Shown here: positions 1 through 9,250 of the stretch, piece by piece
How the letters are laid out: each line of letters begins with the position of its first letter
Position numbering within the stretch: position 1 is the stretch's first letter
Assembly (NCBI GenBank): GCA_965216755.1
Contig: CBDCGL010000011.1
Location: 4,640,001-4,704,000, forward strand
Direction: 5' to 3'
DNA length: 64,000 bases
DNA from: Alphaproteobacteria bacterium
Lineage (GTDB): Bacteria > Pseudomonadota > Alphaproteobacteria > UBA7887
Notes under the pieces: model-generated
Told to the model about the DNA's origin: nothing
The model's database searches: none
The model's input: only the letters and a program-made list of their open reading frames with translations
Translations under genes and position numbers: made by a program

Positions 1-53
1 GATCATCTCGGCAAAGCGTGACCTTTGGACGGGAACTGGCTCGGAGGCGAGAC

Positions 54-1529
54 GTGGGCAAATCGGCAGAACGTGCGGATCTCATTATACGACAGGCTAG
101 GTTGATTGACGGCGCCGGCACACCCAGCGTGGTCGGCGATTTGGCGGTCAACGATGATCGGATCAGTGCGGTTGGTGATCTGGGCAATTTGTCGGCAGGA
201 CGCGAGATCGACGGCCGCGGTTTGGCCGTGGCGCCGGGGTTCATCGATGTTCATACACACGACGATCGTGCGTTGATCAGCGATCCGCTGATGGCATGCA
301 AAGTGAGTCAGGGCGTTACGACGGTGGTGACCGGAAACTGTGGCATCAGCCTGGCACCCCTGAGTGGTACAGGCACGCCGACACCGCCCCTGGACCTTAT
401 CGCCGAAGATTTGTCGCAGACGTTCAGTGATTTTGGAGCGTATTTAGATCGCTTGGATGGGGACCCACCGGCGGTCAACAGTGTGTCGCTGGTCGGTCAC
501 TCCACACTGCGGATGGGGGCGATGGATGCACTGGATCGCGCGGCGTCCGACGTGGAGGTCGCATGCATGTGCCGCGCCCTGACCCAGGCGCTGGCTGGTG
601 GGGCGGCCGGCCTTTCGACCGGCCTCTACTATGAACCGGCCCGCGCCGCAAAAACGAGCGAAATAATCGCGCTCGCCGAAATCCTGTCCGAGGCCGGCGC
701 GATTCATACCACCCATATGCGCGACGAAGGCGACAAAATTGACCAGTCATTGGCGGAGACGTTTACCATTGGACGCGCTGCCGGCGTGCCGATTGTCATT
801 TCCCATCACAAGGTCACCGGACACGCCAATCACGGCCGCACCCCGGAAACGCTGGCATTGATCGATCAAGCGCGTGCCGTACAGCCCATCGCGTTCGACG
901 TGTATCCCTATGTCGCCGGTTCAACCGTCCTTAGCCCGGACCGCCTTGGACCGGCAAGTCGGGTCATCGTTACGTGGTCGCGCGACCATCCGAGTTTTGC
1001 CGGCCGCGATCTGTCTGACATTGCGGCCGAATGGGATTGTGATCAAGAGACCGCGGCGGAGCGGCTCGCGCCGGCGGGCGCGATTTATTTCACTTTGTCC
1101 GAGGACGATGTGAGGCGCGTGATGTCGCACCCCGGCGCGATGATTGGATCGGACGGGTTGCCCCATGATCGGCATCCTCATCCACGGTTGTGGGGAACGT
1201 TTCCGCGCGTGTTGGGACACTATGCGCGCGATCTTGGCCTTTTCAGTCTGGAAGAGGCGGTTCACAAAATGACGAGTCTTCCCGCCGAGCATTTCGGGAT
1301 CGCAGCGAGAGGTCGCCTGAAAGTCCAGAATTTTGCGGACATTGTCATCTTTGATCCCGAACAGGTTATCGATCGCGCCACTTATGAACGTCCGACGACG
1401 CCGGCCGGCGGCGTCATCGAGGTCTTGGTTAACGGTCGAACTGTTTGGCAGGGGGGTGCCATGACAGGAACGCGACCTGGTCGCGCGTTGCGCCTGGACC
1501 AACTAAGCACGTCACTTCAAACTTCGTAG
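54..1529 (+). CDS. N-acyl-D-amino-acid deacylase (amidohydrolase 3 family)
   Basis: APGFIDVHTHDD metal motif, QGVTTVVTGNCG, HMRDE, IGSDG, HPRLWGTFPRVLG. GGAGG at 43-47 precedes in-frame GTG at 54. Confidence 0.9.
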   Translation: MGKSAERADLIIRQARLIDGAGTPSVVGDLAVNDDRISAVGDLGNLSAGREIDGRGLAVAPGFIDVHTHDDRALISDPLMACKVSQGVTTVVTGNCGISLAPLSGTGTPTPPLDLIAEDLSQTFSDFGAYLDRLDGDPPAVNSVSLVGHSTLRMGAMDALDRAASDVEVACMCRALTQALAGGAAGLSTGLYYEPARAAKTSEIIALAEILSEAGAIHTTHMRDEGDKIDQSLAETFTIGRAAGVPIVISHHKVTGHANHGRTPETLALIDQARAVQPIAFDVYPYVAGSTVLSPDRLGPASRVIVTWSRDHPSFAGRDLSDIAAEWDCDQETAAERLAPAGAIYFTLSEDDVRRVMSHPGAMIGSDGLPHDRHPHPRLWGTFPRVLGHYARDLGLFSLEEAVHKMTSLPAEHFGIAARGRLKVQNFADIVIFDPEQVIDRATYERPTTPAGGVIEVLVNGRTVWQGGAMTGTRPGRALRLDQLSTSLQTS

Positions 1530-1595
1530 ACTTGTGTTTCAGTTCCGCGAAGTGTCAGATCGGCCGACTGGCTCCACTCTGGCTTGGCAGAGCGT

Positions 1596-1937
1596 TTACG
1601 TTGTCAGGATGAAGCCGACGGCGGCGATGGAGACGATCGACAACAGGATAATCGCGAGAATGAGCGATGATTTGCTCTTGTTTGTCGACTCTAAGGCCAA
1701 CCCCAGCGACTGGATGCGCATTTTGTGCGACGTAATTTCAGCCTTTAGGCTTCGGATTTCATCGGATTTTTGATCCAAATCGCCGGTGAACTTGTTGACT
1801 TCTTTGGTTTTTGTCGCGAGGGCCTTTTGGCTTTTCTTGAGTTCCTCCTCGGTCGTTGCGAGCCTAGATGTTAGCTCCGCGTTTTCACTCTTTAGCGTTG
1901 TGCTCAAATCCCGGAGATGTTCCAAGGCAACGGACAT
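1596..1937 (-). CDS. Hypothetical coiled-coil protein with C-terminal transmembrane helix
   Basis: E/K/L heptad-rich body followed by hydrophobic LILAIILLSIVSIAAVGFIL at the C-terminus. GGAG 6 nt upstream of ATG. Confidence 0.6.
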   Translation of the reverse strand: MSVALEHLRDLSTTLKSENAELTSRLATTEEELKKSQKALATKTKEVNKFTGDLDQKSDEIRSLKAEITSHKMRIQSLGLALESTNKSKSSLILAIILLSIVSIAAVGFILTT

Positions 1938-2159
1938 TGTCGGCTCCGCGAACTTTTTCTTTGAACTAAGTGATTCAAACTAGTTCGAAACTCGTGTGTT
2001 TCGAGTGGAAGTGGGCATTTCGAACTACGAATGTTTGCCCAAATCATTTGATAGGTGCAAGTGCCCCATTGTCGGGCAATTGCCAAAAAGCTTCCCTAAC
2101 AATCGGTGGGATTTGCAATCATGGGTTGCGTGAATTGCGTCCCAACCACGCCACGAAAG

Positions 2160-2393
2160 TCAGCGCTTCTCGCATCTGAAATTATAGATCGCGGTGAGGC
2201 CGGCGACGGTGACCGGGGCGACTTCGACCAAGACCGCACTTTTCTCAAAATCCGCGCAATGGGCTTGGGCCAAAGGCCCGGGGTTATGGTTGCTACTGGC
2301 CTTTACTGTGACGCCCTTACTATCGCCGGTGATCACTTGCGGCTCAAACGCACAGCCGGCCACGACAAGCCCGGCAAGAAGCAGTCTCTTCAT
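2160..2393 (-). CDS. Small lipoprotein
   Basis: MKRLLLAGLVVAGC signal peptide II with lipobox, two further Cys, strong GGAGGTG SD upstream. Confidence 0.75.
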   Translation of the reverse strand: MKRLLLAGLVVAGCAFEPQVITGDSKGVTVKASSNHNPGPLAQAHCADFEKSAVLVEVAPVTVAGLTAIYNFRCEKR

Positions 2394-2655
2394 CTCACCT
2401 CCGCATCACAGAGAGTCTCGGCCGCAATGAGAACAAAACAGAAATATCAGACGTCTTCGCGCCAGGGTCGCCAAAGAAATGTTTCATTCTGTTAGCATGA
2501 ATAATTGCACCAATCGTTAAAGCATTCGGTACTCTCCCCGAGCGCACGGCGCACGCACGAGTCCTCGGATGCTGCGGTCGGTCGGCCCCGGGTCAAGAGA
2601 GCGCGCCCTGTTTGGCCATGATTTGGCCACAACGCGCCGCTAGATTGGCCTTATT

Positions 2656-2811
2656 ATGAAGGAAGCAAAGCAGATCCAACCTCGTGCGAAAGAGCGTAAG
2701 TGCCTGATGTGCGGTCGGACCTTCCAATCGGAAGGGGTCCACCATCGAATCTGCGGCAAGTGCAAGAGCAGTCAGACATACCGCAGCGGTGTGAGCCGGT
2801 TTGACGTGTAG
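2656..2811 (+). CDS. 51-aa zinc-ribbon-like protein (not in ORF track)
   Basis: Manual translation MKEAKQIQPRAKERKCLMCGRTFQSEGVHHRICGKCKSSQTYRSGVSRFDV*, with two CxxC pairs. Confidence 0.7.
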   Translation: MKEAKQIQPRAKERKCLMCGRTFQSEGVHHRICGKCKSSQTYRSGVSRFDV

Positions 2812-3113
2812 CTGCCGGTCCGCAGCCGGCGCTTTTCACGATTTCACCGACCTTTAATGTACGATCGTCCAGCTCGCCCGGCGCGTCGGCTGGGGGCTGA
2901 TGTCATTGGTCAAGCCTGCGCGCGGCGCCCAGTTGGCTCGTGCGCGCTGGCCAAGGATACGGCGTCGCTCGCGTGCGGCGGTCAGAAATTCATCAATTTT
3001 CAATAGTCAAAAGCTGTCAAGATGCGCGCTGGTCGTGCATTTGTTATATTCGGTATTCCCCGCCTTGGCCATCGCCCGCCCTCATTAACGCGCGTGTATG
3101 TGAATACCCGGCC

Positions 3114-4034
3114 ATGTTTCTGTCCAGTGATTACACTCGTTGGCTTGAACGCCAGATTCAAAACCAGATTGTGTCCGTCGAGGCCATGCGCGAATCCGGC
3201 TACATGAACTGGCCCCGCCACGTGCAAGTGGAGACAGTGGCACTTTGCGATGCGGCGTGCGCGTTTTGTCCATATCCCGGGTTGGCACGGAAGGGCGCGC
3301 GCCTTTCCGACCAAAGCATTGCAAAAATCCTTGCAGACTTGGCGATGATTCCGCGCAACCTGGCATTCGAGTTTGCACCTTACAATGTCAATGAACCGTT
3401 CCTTGACGATCGCTTGCCCGATATTTTGGATGAGGTCGATAACAAACTGCCACACGCACAAATATCGTTGGTAACAAACGGAACGCGGCTGACCGATGTG
3501 CTATTGGCCCGCATCGCGCGATTGCGCAATGTTGCGTATCTATGGATTTCAGTGAACGCGTGTCAGGCGCAAGACTATCAACGGCTCATGAAACTAGATT
3601 TCAACGAGACAGTGGCAAGATTGCGCACTATTCAGCGAGAAAAGCAGTCCGGCGACTTCGCGCACAAAGTTGTGATTTCCCGTGTCATGGATGGCAGTGA
3701 GGCGGACGAGCAGTTTCTGCAATGGGGCAAGCAAGAATTCCCCGAATTCGAGACGGGATTGTTGCCTCGGCAAAATTGGATCGGTCAAATTGAAAGCGCC
3801 AAGACATTGGCGGAGGTCCCCCGTTTGCCATGCAAACGGTGGTTCGGTCTCTCCATACTCGCAAACGGCGTTGCCACCATGTGCTGCATGGATGGCCGCG
3901 GTGAATGGGCCCTAGGAGACATCGCGGCGACCGACTTGGCAAGCCTCTACAACAGCGCGACCTGGCGCGCCGTTCGCAAGAGTGCTCTGGACCGATTGGA
4001 TACGGCGGGATGTCGTGCGTGTACCTGTGTCTGA
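3114..4034 (+). CDS. Radical SAM protein with SPASM/twitch domain
   Basis: CDAACAFCPY (CxxxCxxC), NEPFLD, VTNG, and C-terminal C...CC...CxxC. Start codon uncertain. Confidence 0.85.
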   Translation: MFLSSDYTRWLERQIQNQIVSVEAMRESGYMNWPRHVQVETVALCDAACAFCPYPGLARKGARLSDQSIAKILADLAMIPRNLAFEFAPYNVNEPFLDDRLPDILDEVDNKLPHAQISLVTNGTRLTDVLLARIARLRNVAYLWISVNACQAQDYQRLMKLDFNETVARLRTIQREKQSGDFAHKVVISRVMDGSEADEQFLQWGKQEFPEFETGLLPRQNWIGQIESAKTLAEVPRLPCKRWFGLSILANGVATMCCMDGRGEWALGDIAATDLASLYNSATWRAVRKSALDRLDTAGCRACTCV

Positions 4035-4343
4035 GGCGGGGAGCCACGGCCGGATCAATATCTTTGATCTCTCGGAACGGCTTTTTTGCGTAGCTTACGC
4101 AATCGTATCTTGCCTCATTGCTGCTATGCGTTGTGACAATTGTAGGGCCGTGTCGAGAGAATTCGCGGTCTCTCGGGGGCCGCACCAAGGCCAACCGGCC
4201 GCATGCATATTCGTCCAATTGATCTGGATCGGCATACGCGCTATCAACACTTCGCGTAGGACTGGCACCGACATGGGTGTGCGGTCGAGGAACGGAGCGC
4301 GACGCTGAGCTAAGCACGGGGTTGGTTTCAGGAGACGCTAAAG

Positions 4344-5588
4344 TTGAGCAGAATTGTCGCGAGCGTTCTATCTGTCGCATTCATTGTTTCGGCGTTGACC
4401 ACGACCGCAGCCGACGAGGGTGCCATCGTTGGGTCGCCCTCGTACCAAGAGATTTCGGGTTCAATTGCCATAGAAGGGCGGCTGTTCGCGCGCCCACCAC
4501 TTTACGAGGGCCAAAAACGGCACAGCGCGTCTGTCGTGGCGGAGCCGGAATATTACGCTGAATGGGATGACCAGACGAGCTTGACCGTAGCACCATTCGT
4601 GCGCGTCGATAGCGCCGACCCAGAGCGAACCCATGTCGATGTAAGAGAGCTGTATTTACGTTTGGTTGGCGATGATTGGGAATTGGGTGGCGGCGTCGGG
4701 AAAGTTTTCTGGGGTGTTACGGAGTCGCGACATCTTATTGATATTGTTAATCAAACGGACCTAATTGAGAATATCGACGAAGAGGACAAACTCGGCCAAC
4801 CCATGCTCAATCTGACGTTGATTCGCGATTGGGGCTATGTCGATTTATTTTACCTGCCTTACTTTCGTGAGCGAACTTTTCAAGGTCGCCGCGGGCGGTT
4901 GCGCAACCAACTTGTTATCGACACGGATCAAACGCGTTATACGAGCGGTGTTGAAGAATGGCACCCGGATTTTGCGGCCCGCTACAGCAATTCGTTCGGG
5001 AATTGGGACCTAGGTATTGCGCATTTTTACGGCACGAGCCGAGAGCCGTCGTTTAGCATCGGTCTGACGTCCGGCGGCGCGCCGACCCTGATTCCAGAGT
5101 ACGAATTGATCAACCAAACCTCAACCGACATCCAATACACGACCGGTGCCTGGTTGTGGAAATTCGAAGGATATTACCGCCAAGGCCAGAAGAACCGTCG
5201 CGGTGACGAGGAAAACTTCTATGCGATGGTCGGCGGGTTCGAATATACCCTATTCGGTCTATTTGACAGCGACATCGATTTTGGGATCTTGACGGAGTAT
5301 TTGCGGGACAGCCGACTGCGTCGTGCGAGCACGGCCCTGCAGAACGATATATTTATTGGCGGTCGCATTGCGCTCAACGACGCGCAGGACACGCAATTGT
5401 TGGCGGGGGTCATCCAGGACCTTCGGGAAACCACCCGTCTCTATTTTGTCGAGGCCAACCGGCGATTTGGCGACAGTTGGCGGGCCACACTGGAATTGCG
5501 TAGTTTTACCAGTGTGGATAATAGCGATATTCTGTTCAGCATTCGAGACGATGACTTTGTGCAATTGGAGCTGGCATATTTTTATTAG
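4344..5588 (+). CDS. Outer-membrane beta-barrel protein of unknown function
   Basis: N-terminal signal peptide, alternating aromatic beta-strands, C-terminal beta-signal QLELAYFY. Confidence 0.75.
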   Translation: MSRIVASVLSVAFIVSALTTTAADEGAIVGSPSYQEISGSIAIEGRLFARPPLYEGQKRHSASVVAEPEYYAEWDDQTSLTVAPFVRVDSADPERTHVDVRELYLRLVGDDWELGGGVGKVFWGVTESRHLIDIVNQTDLIENIDEEDKLGQPMLNLTLIRDWGYVDLFYLPYFRERTFQGRRGRLRNQLVIDTDQTRYTSGVEEWHPDFAARYSNSFGNWDLGIAHFYGTSREPSFSIGLTSGGAPTLIPEYELINQTSTDIQYTTGAWLWKFEGYYRQGQKNRRGDEENFYAMVGGFEYTLFGLFDSDIDFGILTEYLRDSRLRRASTALQNDIFIGGRIALNDAQDTQLLAGVIQDLRETTRLYFVEANRRFGDSWRATLELRSFTSVDNSDILFSIRDDDFVQLELAYFY

Positions 5589-5775
5589 CCGGCTGAACGG
5601 TGTGGTTCATCTACGCGGCCTCGTCACCATTGCCGAGCCCACAATCAATTGGCGGCGCGCCTGACAAGCGGTTCGGCGAAGCAACCGCGGTACCCGTGGA
5701 GTTTTGGGCGTGGGTTCCCGCCGATCGCGACGCCGTACCGTATCGACACTTGCTCTGCGAAGAGGTGTGAACGCT

Positions 5776-6438
5776 CTAAGCCTCGGTGTCGCCCTTGGCC
5801 ACCATTCCAAACCAGTCATCGACTGTGATTTGGCCACCTTCTCTGTCGGCGCGGCCGTGGTCTTCCGCGGGTAGGGCCTCTTGCACGATATCAATCCGCT
5901 TCCAACCGGCAAGTGGTGTCGCGGTGTCTTCCCGCGGAACGTAGCGACTGGTTTCTGCACGTTGCATGCGGTGAACGTAACGCGGGCAGTTTGGAAACGC
6001 ATGGGTGACCGCGACGCGCACGACCAACTGCGCCTCTTTATACGCGTCCATTAAGGGATCATCGTTGGAAACCGAGGCGACACCTTGAACACGGAGCCGA
6101 ATTGGTTTCTCAAAATCCATGAAAAGGAGACCTACTTTGCCGCTACTCGTGATGTTGCCCATCGAGTAAAACATGCCATTGCCGTCATAACTCGGGAACG
6201 CGATCGTCTTATTGTCGACAACTTTTACAAACCCTGCATCGCCCCCTTTGTAAGATACGGTTGGTGAACCGTTTTCATCGACCGTGGAAAGCCAGAACAT
6301 GTCGCGGCTCTCGATAAACGCCTGGTCGTTCTCACCAATTTCACTTGCTACAAATCCGCCTTCGATCAAATCAGCGATGCGCCTGGTATCAAACTGATCT
6401 TGGAACGAACGATGGGCTGGACCAAACAATGTACTCAT
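5776..6438 (-). CDS. Pyridoxamine 5'-phosphate oxidase-like FMN-binding protein
   Basis: PTVSYKGGDAGFV, FPSYDGNGMFYSMGNI, FPNCPRY motifs. AGGGGAGG SD upstream. Confidence 0.85.
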   Translation of the reverse strand: MSTLFGPAHRSFQDQFDTRRIADLIEGGFVASEIGENDQAFIESRDMFWLSTVDENGSPTVSYKGGDAGFVKVVDNKTIAFPSYDGNGMFYSMGNITSSGKVGLLFMDFEKPIRLRVQGVASVSNDDPLMDAYKEAQLVVRVAVTHAFPNCPRYVHRMQRAETSRYVPREDTATPLAGWKRIDIVQEALPAEDHGRADREGGQITVDDWFGMVAKGDTEA

Positions 6439-6775
6439 AGTGTGCCGTGCCTCCCCTAGATCTTAGATCCGCACATGTTTTCGAATTGCGGCACGCCGGC
6501 CGCGAACAGGCGCGCACGCTAGCACCAAATTGCCGGCGCGTGATAGCCGCATTCGCAGAGCTTGAGCGGCCTTGGCTTGCGCAGGACGCCGGCGGGATTT
6601 GGTATCCGCTTGCCAAGAGTCTTGCTTTTGCGCGATCCGAATACCGTGAAGGTTTGCCGGTCTGAGCCGCGGCCGGCCGCTTTCTCGAGGCGGAAGCGTA
6701 GCCGCCATGTGTGATTACCATGGCGGCGTGTTGTGCGGCCGCTAGGCCTGGAACCCGTGACGATCGTGTCGGTGA

Positions 6776-6946
6776 CTAGGCCCGCGACATCGCGCAACGC
6801 CACCATGAATTGATCAACGTCCTCGCGCAGGGGTCGGACAGTCTGGAAAATTCCGATGCCGCCTGGAGATCTTGATTGGCCGCTTCGCCCGACTCCTGCG
6901 CCGCGTGAGTCACGCGGCCGATGTTGGATGATACATCCCGTGTGCC
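6776..6946 (-). pseudogene. Remnant of the C-terminus of a methyl-accepting chemotaxis protein
   Basis: GTRDVSSNIGRVTHAAQESGEAANQDLQAASEFSRLSD, then a 1-nt frameshift at ~6831, then LREDVDQFMVALRD. Matches the alphaproteobacterial MCP tail pattern. Confidence 0.7.
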
Positions 6947-7500
6947 ATTGCTCTGTCGTCCTAAGAAATCGGTGGGTCAGCCCGCGTGAGTTGAAGTCAG
7001 GTCTGGGATATTTCTGGTTGCGATCGCCTCCCATGCCCGGCCCTTTTTGAGGTTTCGAGCGAACCCCATGCTTGCTGCACAGAACTGATATGTCGGATTT
7101 CGTTTTGACCGCGCAATTTGCTTGTATATTCGCGGCGAAACGGGCATTGGCATATGCGCATGCGGGCTGGAGCGATCATTGGACGGTGCCATGATCCTTG
7201 AGCATTGCGAGGAGGGCGTACGGCAGCAAGTGCTTTCCATCGGATGTGGTGCGTTTAACCGGAATGTCCGTGGGGTCTTGATTATATCGCTATTTGCTTC
7301 AAGCCCTTGAAAGCTAGGATTGTCTTGCATAAGTTACCGGGCCGGTGGCATCGGGCGCCCCTTTTTGCAGAAGCGTCGAACCGGAATTGCGTCACTTAAC
7401 GCGCGTCGCTTGGGAACTGACTGGATCGGCTTTCAGTTGGTGCGTGGGCGGGGTTGCGATTTGGCGCGCGGCTTGGATTTGAATTGGAGCGGTCGCAGGC

Positions 7501-8478
7501 ATGGATGCATTGATTGACGTCAGCGGGATCGTCAAACGGTTTGGCGCCATTCCCGCTGTTGACGGCATATCCTTCGAAGTCCGTCGTGGCGAAGTGCTGG
7601 GTTTTTTGGGCCCCAACGGTGCCGGCAAGTCCACGACCATGCGAATGATCACGGGGTTCTTGACGCCCGATGGCGGGCGCGCCCAGGTTTGTGGTCATGA
7701 TGTTGTTGACGAGACAACCGCCGCACAGGCCAAGATTGGCTATTTGCCCGAGGGTGCACCCCTTTATGGAGATATGACAGCAGCGGACCTGCTGGAATTC
7801 GTGTCCCGGGCGCGTAGTATGGACGCCGGTGGCGCGCGTCGGCGCATTGATTGGGCCGTAAAGCAACTCTCGCTTGAATCGGTCATTGATCAATCGATCG
7901 ATACGCTTTCGAAGGGGTTCAAGCGCCGCGTCGGGTTGGCCCAGGCTATTGTCCATGATCCGGATGTGCTGATTTTGGACGAGCCGACGGATGGTCTGGA
8001 CCCCAACCAAAAGCACGACGTGCGCAAACTCATCGGTGAATTGGCGCGCGAAAAGGCAATTGTGATCTCCACGCACATCTTGGAAGAAGTCGATGCGGTG
8101 TGCACACGCGCGATGGTGATCAATCGCGGTCGCGTTGTCGCCGACTGTTCCCCTATGGAACTTGCCGCGCAGTCCCGCTATCACAATGCCGTCACATTAC
8201 GTGTCAGGAATATGACTGGTGAGGTTTTGCGTAAGGCATTGGAAACGGTGTCGGGCGTCGACGGCGTCGAGATCGAAGCTGATGTCAATGCCGATGCCGA
8301 AAATGGCGCGACAAGTTGTACGGTTTTTGCCCGCAATGGCGCGTCAATTGTTGGGGCGGTCAGCCAGCACGCCCACAACGTTGGCTGGGAAGTTGACGAA
8401 TTGCATGTCATGTCTGGCCATCTTGACGATGTCTTCAGATCCATGACCACCAGCGACACGGCCGCAAGCGCGCGCTAG
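7501..8478 (+). CDS. ABC transporter ATP-binding protein (GldA-like)
   Basis: GPNGAGKST Walker A, LSKGFKRRVGLA signature, LILDEPT Walker B. Confidence 0.92.
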   Translation: MDALIDVSGIVKRFGAIPAVDGISFEVRRGEVLGFLGPNGAGKSTTMRMITGFLTPDGGRAQVCGHDVVDETTAAQAKIGYLPEGAPLYGDMTAADLLEFVSRARSMDAGGARRRIDWAVKQLSLESVIDQSIDTLSKGFKRRVGLAQAIVHDPDVLILDEPTDGLDPNQKHDVRKLIGELAREKAIVISTHILEEVDAVCTRAMVINRGRVVADCSPMELAAQSRYHNAVTLRVRNMTGEVLRKALETVSGVDGVEIEADVNADAENGATSCTVFARNGASIVGAVSQHAHNVGWEVDELHVMSGHLDDVFRSMTTSDTAASAR

Positions 8479-8502
8479 CAAAGCAACGAAGTCTGAACCG
8501 CC

Positions 8503-9237
8503 ATGCACGAGACCTTTGCCGTTTTTAGACGTGAGCTGTCGGGCTATTTTGCCACGCCCGTCGCTTACGTTTTCATCGTGATTTTTCTGTTTCTGACGGG
8601 AATGTTCACGTTTTACATGGGCGACCTCTATGAAAGAGGCCAAGCGGACCTGGAACCATTCTTCATCTGGCACCCTTGGTTGTATTTGTTTCTAATTCCC
8701 GCTTTGTCCATGCGTCTGTGGGCCGAGGAAAGGCGAACCGGGACAGTCGAACTCTTGATGACGTTGCCGATTTCTCCGTTGCATGCGGTGATGGGAAAGT
8801 TCTTGGCCGCGTGGTGCTTTACCGCGATTGCCTTGATATTGACGTTCCCCGTCTGGCTGACCGTCAACTTTCTGGGGTCGCCCGACAATGGCGTTATCTT
8901 GGCGGGATATATGGGCAGCCTTTTGATGGCAGGTGGATTTCTCGCCATCGGATCCTGCATATCGGCGTTGACCAAGAACCAAGTTATCGCTTTTGTCATT
9001 GCGGTGGTTGTGTGTTTTTTGTTCACGGTTAGCGGGCTACCGTTGGTTTTGAACTTCTTTAGCGGCTGGGCGCCCCAGGCGCTGATCGAAACGATTGGTT
9101 CCTTCAGCTTTTTGACCAATTTTCAGGATATGTCGCGGGGCGTCATCGATTTGCGCAACGTGATCTACTTCGCGTCATTGATCGCGATTTGGCTGTACGC
9201 CAACGTGATCGCGGTCAACCACTACAAATCGGCGTAA
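8503..9237 (+). CDS. ABC-2 type permease (GldF-like)
   Basis: RRELSGYFATPVAY, MRLWAEERRTGTVELL, about 6 TM helices. Confidence 0.9.
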   Translation: MHETFAVFRRELSGYFATPVAYVFIVIFLFLTGMFTFYMGDLYERGQADLEPFFIWHPWLYLFLIPALSMRLWAEERRTGTVELLMTLPISPLHAVMGKFLAAWCFTAIALILTFPVWLTVNFLGSPDNGVILAGYMGSLLMAGGFLAIGSCISALTKNQVIAFVIAVVVCFLFTVSGLPLVLNFFSGWAPQALIETIGSFSFLTNFQDMSRGVIDLRNVIYFASLIAIWLYANVIAVNHYKSA

Positions 9238-9250
9238 GGGCCTGGCGGTG

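Noticed and set aside
6519-7034. 171-aa minus-strand ORF
   Set aside because: Only a short central stretch is protein-like, and it belongs to the frameshifted MCP remnant. The rest is R/G/S-rich noise.
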